Shown one piece after another: positions 1 through 7,420 of a stretch of DNA of 24,057 bases (its first letter is position 1; every line of letters begins with the position of its first letter). Source of the stretch: a virus (taxonomy: Duplodnaviria; Caudoviricetes); the IMG/VR virus record IMGVR_UViG_3300032731_000305, positions 1 to 24,057 of that record. One strand, written 5' to 3'. Under the pieces are notes generated by a model, which had not been told where the DNA came from, did not search any database, and saw nothing but the letters and a program-made list of their open reading frames with translations. The position numbers were made by a program, and so were the translations under genes.

Positions 1-1586
1 AAGCTGAATCCACCAGTCGTTGAAACATTAATTACCTTCATTTGAGGAATGAGGTTATCTGAACCACCAGAATAATTGCCTTCTATATGTAAGAGAGAAG
101 TTGGACTCTCCGTCCCAATGCCGACAGCATCAGCAGAATCATCAAGATAAATATATCCACTAGTTGTAGCTGTACTTCCTATTCTAACATCATTACTATC
201 CTTAATAACTAAAGCAGAATTTCCATCATTAACTACTGCTCCATTAGTAACAAAAGCAAGTGTTCCACTTGAAGGTGCTTGAACATAATTATATCCTGCT
301 CTTCTAAAAAGTAAGTGAGATTCAGCAGAACTTGTTCCAACTCTCGCTGTTCCATTAACATCCAACTTCGCCCCTGGCGCCGTCGTCCCGATGCCGACCT
401 TATCTCCAGAAGTATCTACATAAAGGACATTGGTATCCACAGCCAAGTTACCAGCTAAATTGAGGCCGCCGGTAGAAGCCATAAAGTCTGTTCCGGCATT
501 ACCGATATTGGTGATGATGCTGTTTTGCATATCCAGGTTGCCGCCGAAGTTTAGGCTTCCGTTGGTAACGGTTACGCCGCCGATGTATGTGTCGCCTTCG
601 ACGTAGAGCTTGTATGAGCCGGGGTCGGTAGTGCCGATACCCACATTGCCAGTTGTATCAATATATATCAGATTTTCTGTCCCGTTAGCACCTAATCCTA
701 GCCCTCTACCAGACTTTCCCAAAATACTAAACCTTGTTGGAGAGGCACCCCATGTTATCTGTCCTTGAGCACCATTCCCAAAAGTCATAGTATCTCCAAA
801 ATCAGACGTTCCATCAACTTCTAATTTATAGTTTGGCGCCGTCGTCCCGATGCCGACGTTGCCGCTATCCAATATGACCATCTTAGTCTGAGGCGAACCT
901 GTATTGTCTGTAATAAAATGAAAATCTCCTTTATTAGTTGTTCCTGTATATCTATAAGCGATTCTAGCGTCTGCATTATTACTTCTAAAATCAAGATTAG
1001 CATAAGAGTTTGTAGTTGTATTCGAGTTATAAATCAAAAAACCACTTCCTGCAGCTCCACCGCCTAGACCGTTACCAGTTTCAACAGCAGCATCACTACT
1101 ACTAAATTGGAGTTGTAAGTTTTTATTTGGCGCCGTTGTCCCGATGCCGACGTTGCCGCCACTAACAATAACCATATCAACACTATTATCAGAACCCAAA
1201 GCAACAGGATACCTTTGTAAATTAATTAAATTCATTGACCTTGCCCCGCCATATCCCGCTGCAGTGCTACCAGCTAAAAAGAATCCACCTACCAAAGAAC
1301 TTGAATCATTACCAAACTCTAATACCGCATAATCTGAAGAAGTCATTTCTCTAATATTTATTCTACCGTTATAAACAGATAATTTATCAGTAGGCGCCGT
1401 CGTTCCAATACCAACACTATCAGAAGTAGTGGTTAAATATACGTCTGTGCCGTCATCTGTCCAACCAGTAGCTGATTGAGCACCAGTTCTAACAGATTGA
1501 TAAATTTTAACCTTTTGGTCTCCCTGTGCAAAACATAGAGAGGTTGTAGCAAGAAATATAACTGCATATTTGAGAAATTTTTTCAT
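1..1586 (-). CDS. Fibre/adhesin-like protein with six VGIGT(T/E)xP repeats and an N-terminal signal peptide; partial, continues past the left edge
   Basis: Not in the ORF track because it has no stop in the window. I translated it by hand from ATG 1586: open for 528 codons, MKKFLKYAVIFLATTSLCFAQGDQK...SVGIGTTAP...GNVGIGTTAP...GNVGIGTTAP...GNVGIGTTDP...KVGIGTTAP...AVGIGTESP. It is Gly/Ser/Thr-rich, as beta-structured fibres are. Confidence 0.85.
   Translation of the reverse strand, partial: MKKFLKYAVIFLATTSLCFAQGDQKVKIYQSVRTGAQSATGWTDDGTDVYLTTTSDSVGIGTTAPTDKLSVYNGRINIREMTSSDYAVLEFGNDSSSLVGGFFLAGSTAAGYGGARSMNLINLQRYPVALGSDNSVDMVIVSGGNVGIGTTAPNKNLQLQFSSSDAAVETGNGLGGGAAGSGFLIYNSNTTTNSYANLDFRSNNADARIAYRYTGTTNKGDFHFITDNTGSPQTKMVILDSGNVGIGTTAPNYKLEVDGTSDFGDTMTFGNGAQGQITWGASPTRFSILGKSGRGLGLGANGTENLIYIDTTGNVGIGTTDPGSYKLYVEGDTYIGGVTVTNGSLNFGGNLDMQNSIITNIGNAGTDFMASTGGLNLAGNLAVDTNVLYVDTSGDKVGIGTTAPGAKLDVNGTARVGTSSAESHLLFRRAGYNYVQAPSSGTLAFVTNGAVVNDGNSALVIKDSNDVRIGSTATTSGYIYLDDSADAVGIGTESPTSLLHIEGNYSGGSDNLIPQMKVINVSTTGGFS
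375..398. repeat. Fibre module-boundary repeat copy (tggcgccgtcgtcccgatgccgac)
   Basis: 24/24 identical to 834-857; encodes VGIGTTAP on the minus strand. Confidence 0.9.
832..865. repeat. Fibre module-boundary repeat copy containing the 29-bp quasi-palindrome 835-863
   Basis: 33/34 identical to 1126-1159; encodes GNVGIGTTAP. Confidence 0.9.
1126..1159. repeat. Fibre module-boundary repeat copy
   Basis: 33/34 identical to 832-865. Weaker copies lie at 111-125, 621-650 and 1392-1415. Confidence 0.9.
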
Positions 1587-1587
1587 A

Positions 1588-1926
1588 CTATTTACCTTCT
1601 TGAACTATGGCGACAATTGAACCTGCCGCAGTAATACCCCAGATGTCGACATTTGAACTCCATTCACCATAGTATGTATCGTAGGGCTGTAGGGGTGTTC
1701 CTATGGTCGCACCAGTAGCAGTTACTGTTGAATCCCCTATATATAAGACAGTAGTGGCATCACTATTTGTAATCAACACATATTCCCTACCAGCCAACGG
1801 GGCAGTTGGTAATTTATCTCTGGTGGTATCAACGGTTACACTGGTGGTCTTAATTGAATACTTTAATCCAATAGCACTACCAACAACCAAAAAGAATATT
1901 AATAATCCACACAATATTTTTTTCAT
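1588..1926 (-). CDS. Small beta-rich virion-type protein with a predicted signal peptide
   Basis: MKK + hydrophobic ILCGLLIFFLVV + GSAIG, then a Thr/Gly-rich domain (VLITNSD..VLYIGDSTVT..GTPLQP..IWGI); lies in the structural operon with a TAATG overlap. Confidence 0.7.
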   Translation of the reverse strand: MKKILCGLLIFFLVVGSAIGLKYSIKTTSVTVDTTRDKLPTAPLAGREYVLITNSDATTVLYIGDSTVTATGATIGTPLQPYDTYYGEWSSNVDIWGITAAGSIVAIVQEGK

Positions 1927-2447
1927 TAATCACCTATAATAGAATTTAAAAAATCAAGATGTTGTTTTGTAATAGTAGTATCTTTACCTTGTCTTTCTTC
2001 AGCTAACAATTTTTCTTTTATATCTTGCCTTTTTTTTCTAACTTTTTCTCCGTTAGATTCTAAAGCCTTGTTTATTCTTTCTGCTTCATCTGCATTGGTC
2101 TTAGCCCAATTAGATTCATTCATCGGTCTTAGTAGTTCTCTCTTTAATTTATCTAAATTTGGTTCTTTCCCGCCAAGAAAAGAAACCAAAGAAATTTCCT
2201 TGTTCCATCTTAAAAATGAACTGAGTATTTCAAATAATTTATTGGAGTATTCTGTGTGGGAATTGTTGAGTTTTTTATGAATTTCTATTTCAAATCTTTC
2301 ATACTTTAAATCTAAATCTTCTAATCTTTTGTTATTTGTGGTAAGTAACTTCTCAATAGCACTGTTCAAATCTACCTTAATGCTCTCAATAGCACTGAAT
2401 AGGTCTGTTTTAATGCTGTCAATCTTTGCTACATACTTTTTGAACAT
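1926..2447 (-). CDS. Hypothetical coiled-coil protein
   Basis: 173 aa; AGGAG RBS upstream; N-terminal 11-aa repeat SIKTDLFSAIE/SIKVDLNSAIE; Leu/Glu/Lys-rich. Confidence 0.7.
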   Translation of the reverse strand: MFKKYVAKIDSIKTDLFSAIESIKVDLNSAIEKLLTTNNKRLEDLDLKYERFEIEIHKKLNNSHTEYSNKLFEILSSFLRWNKEISLVSFLGGKEPNLDKLKRELLRPMNESNWAKTNADEAERINKALESNGEKVRKKRQDIKEKLLAEERQGKDTTITKQHLDFLNSIIGD

Positions 2448-2456
2448 ACACTCCTC

Positions 2457-2771
2457 CTAATCCATAATTAATAATCGTCCAGTAAATAAATCATCAGAAG
2501 ACGCATTATAAACCTTTACGGTGTATATTCCCATCATAGGCAAGTTTACTTCATCATCTAATATACCCGTTGCTGTTTTCTCACGCCTTACGGTGTCATA
2601 TATAATATTGTCGTGGTCATCTATAAGTTGTAATTCAAAAGTGGTAACAGATGTATCGTGTGCAGCTAGATAAATCTGATTGCAAATACCACCCTGAATA
2701 TTAAGAGTATTTGTAGAAAAAGTATTACTCGCAGCTCCCTGGCTATTGATTTCAAATACGTGAATATCCAT
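2457..2771 (-). CDS. Hypothetical virion-associated protein
   Basis: Start reassigned to ATG 2771 (MDIHVFEIN), which has an AAGGAG RBS; beta-rich; lies in the structural operon. Confidence 0.65.
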   Translation of the reverse strand: MDIHVFEINSQGAASNTFSTNTLNIQGGICNQIYLAAHDTSVTTFELQLIDDHDNIIYDTVRREKTATGILDDEVNLPMMGIYTVKVYNASSDDLFTGRLLIMD

Positions 2772-2779
2772 AAATCTCC

Positions 2780-3061
2780 TTATCCCAAGAACAACCATCC
2801 TGTACAAGCAGTTACTGTCTTAGCACTTAAATGTTCCATCCAAACTCCACCCACATCGATTGATTGTAGATTTGCGTGGGGATGAAGCCCGCCAATATGT
2901 TGTATGGCTGTAGACCCATTAATGCTAAGAATAAAAGATGCAGCAGCAGTATCCACTTCATAAATTAAAATTCTTTTGACAAATAAGGGTTTATTATTAT
3001 TGATTACCCCCTCACTATCTATGTGATATATATTTCCTAAATTTGCAATTAAAGCTCCCAT
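2780..3061 (-). CDS. Hypothetical virion-associated protein
   Basis: 93 aa, GGAGG RBS, beta-strand-like composition, structural operon. Confidence 0.65.
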   Translation of the reverse strand: MGALIANLGNIYHIDSEGVINNNKPLFVKRILIYEVDTAAASFILSINGSTAIQHIGGLHPHANLQSIDVGGVWMEHLSAKTVTACTGWLFLG

Positions 3062-3071
3062 CTTCCTCCTC

Positions 3072-3317
3072 CTAGGTCATTTCCTGCCATATTCCTGACT
3101 TCAGAGTAGGGTAGGCAGACCTATCTTTCCTAGCTCCTGAAGCGTTTCTTTCTCCTTCTCCACCTATATTTTTAGGATGAGGAGCGGGTTCATCAAATTC
3201 TGTGGGATGAACCCACCACTTACCATCCTTAATTAGTTCTCGCTTAAAATACTTAAAGCCAGACCTTTCGGATTCCTTAAGAAGATTTTTTCTTTTATCT
3301 CTCGGAATTCTTCCCAT
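3072..3317 (-). CDS. Small conserved phage protein (SERSGFKY..REL..W.V...FDEP motif)
   Basis: Resembles the CDRxGFxY...EL...VC..C.D..P small proteins often seen after capsid genes, here without cysteines; TAATG overlap with the upstream gene. Confidence 0.6.
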   Translation of the reverse strand: MGRIPRDKRKNLLKESERSGFKYFKRELIKDGKWWVHPTEFDEPAPHPKNIGGEGERNASGARKDRSAYPTLKSGIWQEMT

Positions 3318-4009
3318 TAGATTAATCCTAATAGTGTAGGTGAATCAATAAACCAATTAGTTCCATCAAAAGTTGCGTTAATACTTGCACTTGTTGGTAT
3401 CACTAATGTTCTAGCTGAAGCATTTACAAATGTTCCGTGTGTTCCACCAGAACCACTACAGAAGTGTAAATCTGCTTTTCCTATATTTGCAACCGTTATT
3501 TTCTGACCAACCCTGCCATCTGATAATGCTTTAATAACAGTTTTGCCAGCTGAGTTCATTTGAATAAATGATAAACCAGTTGCAGAAAAACCACCAGTAG
3601 ATGTTCCCCACCAACGTGCATCTCCAGAACCAACCACCGTAGTTATGTCTTGAGCACTATCTGCTTTGGAACGAAATAGTTCATACCAAGATGAGTTGTG
3701 ATTAACAAATGCTGCAAATTCGTTTGTAGCTATTGGGGATGATGCTTGTTCAACAATATTAGCACCATCAAAATCTACTTCACCTGTTCCTAAATTTCCC
3801 AGCAATACAAGTTGTCCTTCACAACCATTGTCAAAATATGATATGGTTAATGAACCAGTGGTATCAGCCCATAGTAAACTATATAAAGATACATCTGGGG
3901 TGGTATCACCAAGTCCAATTAAACCAGCTGTTTTGTGTGTAAAATTATCAAATTTTCCTAACGCTAATTGATGAAAGCGACTAGGATTTACTCTGTTTAA
4001 ATTTCCCAT
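3317..4009 (-). CDS. Putative head decoration/fibre-like protein with two internal repeats
   Basis: Start reassigned to ATG 4009 (AGGAGG RBS). Repeated domain TISYFDNGCEGQLVLL...SSWYE and VIKALSDGRVGQKITV...TNWFI; directly downstream of the capsid gene. Confidence 0.6.
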   Translation of the reverse strand: MGNLNRVNPSRFHQLALGKFDNFTHKTAGLIGLGDTTPDVSLYSLLWADTTGSLTISYFDNGCEGQLVLLGNLGTGEVDFDGANIVEQASSPIATNEFAAFVNHNSSWYELFRSKADSAQDITTVVGSGDARWWGTSTGGFSATGLSFIQMNSAGKTVIKALSDGRVGQKITVANIGKADLHFCSGSGGTHGTFVNASARTLVIPTSASINATFDGTNWFIDSPTLLGLI

Positions 4010-4027
4010 TTTTCCTCCTAAGCGTGG

Positions 4028-4049
4028 GGTGGGGTAAACTACCCCCACC
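4028..4049 (-). promoter_or_regulatory. GC-rich hairpin between the capsid gene and the next gene (attenuator or mRNA stabiliser)
   Basis: ggtggggta-aac-taccccc-acc stem with one bulge. It has no U-tract on the minus strand, so it is not a classic intrinsic terminator for this operon. Confidence 0.45.
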
Positions 4050-4069
4050 TTTTCGCACTTAGATTATTG

Positions 4070-4094
4070 TAACTTGTTGTAATACAAAGACTTA
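4070..4094. promoter_or_regulatory. 25-bp dyad TAACTTGTTGTAATACAAAGACTTA (protein-binding or recombinase-type site)
   Basis: Self-complementary pattern TAAnTnnTTGTAnTACAAnnAnTTA; its reverse complement matches 12824-12848 at 18/25. Confidence 0.45.
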
Positions 4095-5015
4095 TCAGCC
4101 TCCGCCAGAATGATATAAATTTCCAGCGTGGGCACATTCAACGCTAAACCTAAAGCTACCCTTAAATTTTGCGTCACCGGTCTCAAAATCACCATCTTTG
4201 GCAAAAGAAAGTTTTCTTCTGTCAAAAGCGATGACACCAGACTCTCTATTTGCTGGTTTTGCTACTAATGTAAAAGCATCAGTGTCAGTATAATATGGAC
4301 TGACAACAAGCTGGAGATTTTTCTCCTTTAATACGTTAATAGCATTATTCGCTGTTTCAGGGTCGTAACCAGATTGTAAAAGCTCTTTTGCCTTCCACGC
4401 ATTGTTCGGATGAACAATGATGTATTTAGCTTTTAAAATTTGATACCTACCTGATTCGTCTTTTATTGTTTCGAAGTTATCTATACAAGTCTGTAATGCT
4501 GTAGCAGATAAATCTGCTGCTGGACTTAATAGATTACTCCACGTTCCACCTGTGATGTAAGTATGGCTTGCTGTTGCTAAAGCCAACGTATCAGCACCAG
4601 TATGATTTGTGGTAGATGTTATATTGTTTAACATATCCCAAACCAATAGTGCCTTTGTTTCTCTCGCAGCCCTACCAAGTTCTTCGGTTAAAGACCTCAT
4701 TGTCGTTGGAATATCAGGATATAAAGAGTCTTCAATTAACTCTTCTGATAACTTAATACCTAACGAATAAGTCTTATGTACGAATTTCTTTGTTGGACCT
4801 TGTAGAATTTCATCATAGGTTATTGCATCGCCTTCAGGCTTGTGAGGGAAAATCCCTAATCCACCTGCGTAGGCGCATTCCTCGTATGCTCTCTTTGATG
4901 TTCTCGCGCTAACAAAACCACTCCAACTAACTTCTGTAGAAGCGGGACGATAGCCTTGAATCATAAAGGCGAACAAACCAGGAACGACAGCCTTATTAAA
5001 AGTTGACCTGTTCAT
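4095..5015 (-). CDS. Major capsid protein (HK97 fold, Mu gpT-like family)
   Basis: 306 aa with motifs S.RAYEE...GLG....KPEG.AITYD, HKTYSLG..LSEELIED.LY, DG/T.L..ASH, D.DFETGD.KFK...RFS; lies after portal and scaffold. Confidence 0.9.
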   Translation of the reverse strand: MNRSTFNKAVVPGLFAFMIQGYRPASTEVSWSGFVSARTSKRAYEECAYAGGLGIFPHKPEGDAITYDEILQGPTKKFVHKTYSLGIKLSEELIEDSLYPDIPTTMRSLTEELGRAARETKALLVWDMLNNITSTTNHTGADTLALATASHTYITGGTWSNLLSPAADLSATALQTCIDNFETIKDESGRYQILKAKYIIVHPNNAWKAKELLQSGYDPETANNAINVLKEKNLQLVVSPYYTDTDAFTLVAKPANRESGVIAFDRRKLSFAKDGDFETGDAKFKGSFRFSVECAHAGNLYHSGGG

Positions 5016-5027
5016 GATTTATTCTCC

Positions 5028-5648
5028 TTATAATAATTCACCTAATTCAAGATAAGCACCTGCTCTACTGAATTGGTGGTCGTTAATTCTGACAATCCAT
5101 TTGGCATATGCGCCAAAAGCATTGTCTGGTTTATCCCATAACTTGACTAACTGCAAGTTAAGGTTTGAAAGCGGTGCTGCCATTACTGTAGTTGCTGAAC
5201 CGATATGTACTGTACTTATACCAGAGATTGTACTACCAGAAGCTGCGGTAACACAAAACGGTACTGTTCCTAACCCGACTGCTGCCTGTGTTAAAGCTGT
5301 TCCATCAGTTGTCTCTTGTATTAAAAAGAGTTGTTCTGGTGAATCTGCAATCAACACATTCATATAACCATTAGCATCCACTGATGCTGCTGCTGGATTC
5401 GCAGGTGCGTAACCACTTTCTGATACACTCAAAGGAGACCAATCGCCGCCTAAAATGCCGACAACTGAACCCAATAGAGCTTCACCAGCAGTGGTTCCGT
5501 CCATAACTGCTAATTCGGCATATCCGCCATTATTTAATGTTGCTGGCTGATACATAAAAACAGGTACGCCCGTTACGTGCTTGTATACTTGTGCTCTGAT
5601 ATAAGGATATATAGGTCGCAATCCACAGAATTTATTTGTGTTTGCCAT
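5028..5648 (-). CDS. Putative capsid cement/decoration protein
   Basis: MANTN..GLRP start, V.D.P..LF.IQ and W.VRIN.H motifs typical of the gene just before gpT-like capsid genes; AAGGAG RBS. Confidence 0.65.
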   Translation of the reverse strand: MANTNKFCGLRPIYPYIRAQVYKHVTGVPVFMYQPATLNNGGYAELAVMDGTTAGEALLGSVVGILGGDWSPLSVSESGYAPANPAAASVDANGYMNVLIADSPEQLFLIQETTDGTALTQAAVGLGTVPFCVTAASGSTISGISTVHIGSATTVMAAPLSNLNLQLVKLWDKPDNAFGAYAKWIVRINDHQFSRAGAYLELGELL

Positions 5649-5670
5649 TTACTTACTCCTTATTTGCTAC

Positions 5671-6351
5671 TTAAAAGTCCTTCCCCTCCGTGTAAACTTG
5701 TTCCCCCGTGGGAACATTATCGGAATCGGAAGCACTCTCTGTTGGTTTATAAAAACCTGATTGTCCTTTTGAGAGTTTTTCTTCTCCTTTAGCTAAATGA
5801 GCTTTTAAGATGGCTGTTGATTTTTCTCCTGGTGTCCTACGTATTCTTTCTGCCATTTCTAAGGGCATATACATAAGCACCGTGTCTCCTCTTTCAATAG
5901 CTCCACTATTGGAAAATAAACGGTCAGGTATGTTTTTAAAACTTAACCTGTTGATAAAAACCCAACCCTTCAAATCTATAGCATCATCAATAGCCCTTTT
6001 CTTTTTATTAATCCAACGAAAAGCAACTTTATTTTGATACTGGCGAAGTTCCTGTGGAAGAGATAATCTATGCTCACCAGGAGCATATTGTCTCTCTTTC
6101 ATAAGTAAAACTTCATCTAGAGTCTTAGGTTGTGATTTTATCCTGTCAGCAATGTAGGCATCATCCTGAGCCATTACTACGTGAAGTTCAGGTTTCTGTT
6201 GTTCTACAAAAGGAACAGCTTCTTTATTAATCTTTTCTACATATTCCTCTTTATCCGCAGGTTTGTTATCTGGGATTGTTTCAAACTCTCTCTCTACACG
6301 TTTTTTTGGGCTTTCTTCAAGTCCCTCGTCTTTTAACGGATTATTGTTCAT
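5671..6351 (-). CDS. Conserved phage head-module protein
   Basis: 226 aa; FRWIN...GWVF...GD.VLM.MP motif pattern; between scaffold and capsid genes; ATGA overlap. Confidence 0.65.
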   Translation of the reverse strand: MNNNPLKDEGLEESPKKRVEREFETIPDNKPADKEEYVEKINKEAVPFVEQQKPELHVVMAQDDAYIADRIKSQPKTLDEVLLMKERQYAPGEHRLSLPQELRQYQNKVAFRWINKKKRAIDDAIDLKGWVFINRLSFKNIPDRLFSNSGAIERGDTVLMYMPLEMAERIRRTPGEKSTAILKAHLAKGEEKLSKGQSGFYKPTESASDSDNVPTGEQVYTEGKDF

Positions 6352-7139
6352 AATTCAAGCCCTCCTCCTGCTGTTTTTTTCAGGGTTCTGGCATATTCCT
6401 CATAGGAAATGCCGTTTGTATCGCAAAACTCTCTCTGTTCCCGTGAAAGAATTACTTTATTGGATGGGGTTGGTCTTGATGTCCCCAAAGAAGTTGCATT
6501 TGCATTAGCTAAACGCTCACGCTCATGATTAACCGCCTTGGTTGTTCTCCCATCAATATCATATCCTTTAACACGGAGTACATCTTCCATTTCCCGCATA
6601 ACGAGAATTGGACCATCAGGAGATGTTCTCCATCTTGGATTTTTGTTCAATACATCAAACCAGATTTGTGTATGTTCTGAACTAGAGTCATTAAGCTCTG
6701 GATATTTAGTAACAACTTTTTGTTCATTTGTTTCTTGAACTTGTTTACGTTCTCTCTCCTGAGCTTCTTTTTGAATCTTTGCTTGGTCGGCTTTATAGAT
6801 ATTTTCTGCTTCTTGTTTTGCAATTTTGCGGAAAGTACCCTGCCAATCACTTTGAACATCTTTGTCAAAATCCTCTGGTTTTGTTTCTTCTACCTTTGGT
6901 TGAGAAGTCATTTGTTCCCTTAAATCATCAATTTCTTTCTGTTGTTTAGAGATGATTCTATCTTGAGCATAAACCTTGTTTTTAAAGGAATCCTGTTTTG
7001 GTTCCTCTTTGGCTTTTGGCTCAGGCTCTTTCTCTTCCTCTGGCACTACTGGAGTACCTTCTTCCTCTAAAGAAACCTCTACTCCACCATCTTCGATTTC
7101 TTTGGTCTCAGGTTGTTTATCCTGGTTTTTCTCTTCCAT
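6348..7139 (-). CDS. Putative capsid scaffolding protein
   Basis: Acidic disordered N-terminus, coiled coil, and C-terminal V.LS.EQRE.C...GISYEEYA motif; between portal and capsid. Confidence 0.75.
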   Translation of the reverse strand: MEEKNQDKQPETKEIEDGGVEVSLEEEGTPVVPEEEKEPEPKAKEEPKQDSFKNKVYAQDRIISKQQKEIDDLREQMTSQPKVEETKPEDFDKDVQSDWQGTFRKIAKQEAENIYKADQAKIQKEAQERERKQVQETNEQKVVTKYPELNDSSSEHTQIWFDVLNKNPRWRTSPDGPILVMREMEDVLRVKGYDIDGRTTKAVNHERERLANANATSLGTSRPTPSNKVILSREQREFCDTNGISYEEYARTLKKTAGGGLEL

Positions 7140-7159
7140 TTTATTCTCCTTTCCTCAAC

Positions 7160-7420
7160 TTAATAAGTTGGAATCTCCTCTTCGGGGACTATTAACTCCT
7201 TGATGTGGTCTTCTAAAATTATTTCTCTATATAAAAACCCGTCAATCCACCTTTGTGTGCCATAAGCTTCATCTAACTTATGTTGACGGAGCTGGACTAC
7301 TAGTTCCTTGTTCTTTTGTTCTAGCCATTTGCCCGACAGGTCCTGGAAGATTTTCCACCCCTTGTGTTCCTTGAATTCCTTCAGGTCCTTGAGCTGTTCC
7401 TGTTTGTAATCCTGGTCCAC
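7160..7420 (-). CDS. Small head-module protein overlapping the portal 3' end
   Basis: GTG start with a GGAGG RBS; 86 aa with L......GWK.F pattern; 143-bp out-of-frame overlap with the portal gene. Confidence 0.65.
   Translation of the reverse strand: MDQDYKQEQLKDLKEFKEHKGWKIFQDLSGKWLEQKNKELVVQLRQHKLDEAYGTQRWIDGFLYREIILEDHIKELIVPEEEIPTY

Noticed and set aside
375-1159. Fibre repeats as a CRISPR array or DGR template/variable repeats
   Set aside because: Spacing is 213-294 bp within an open frame; there is no adenine-specific mismatch pattern and no reverse transcriptase in the window.
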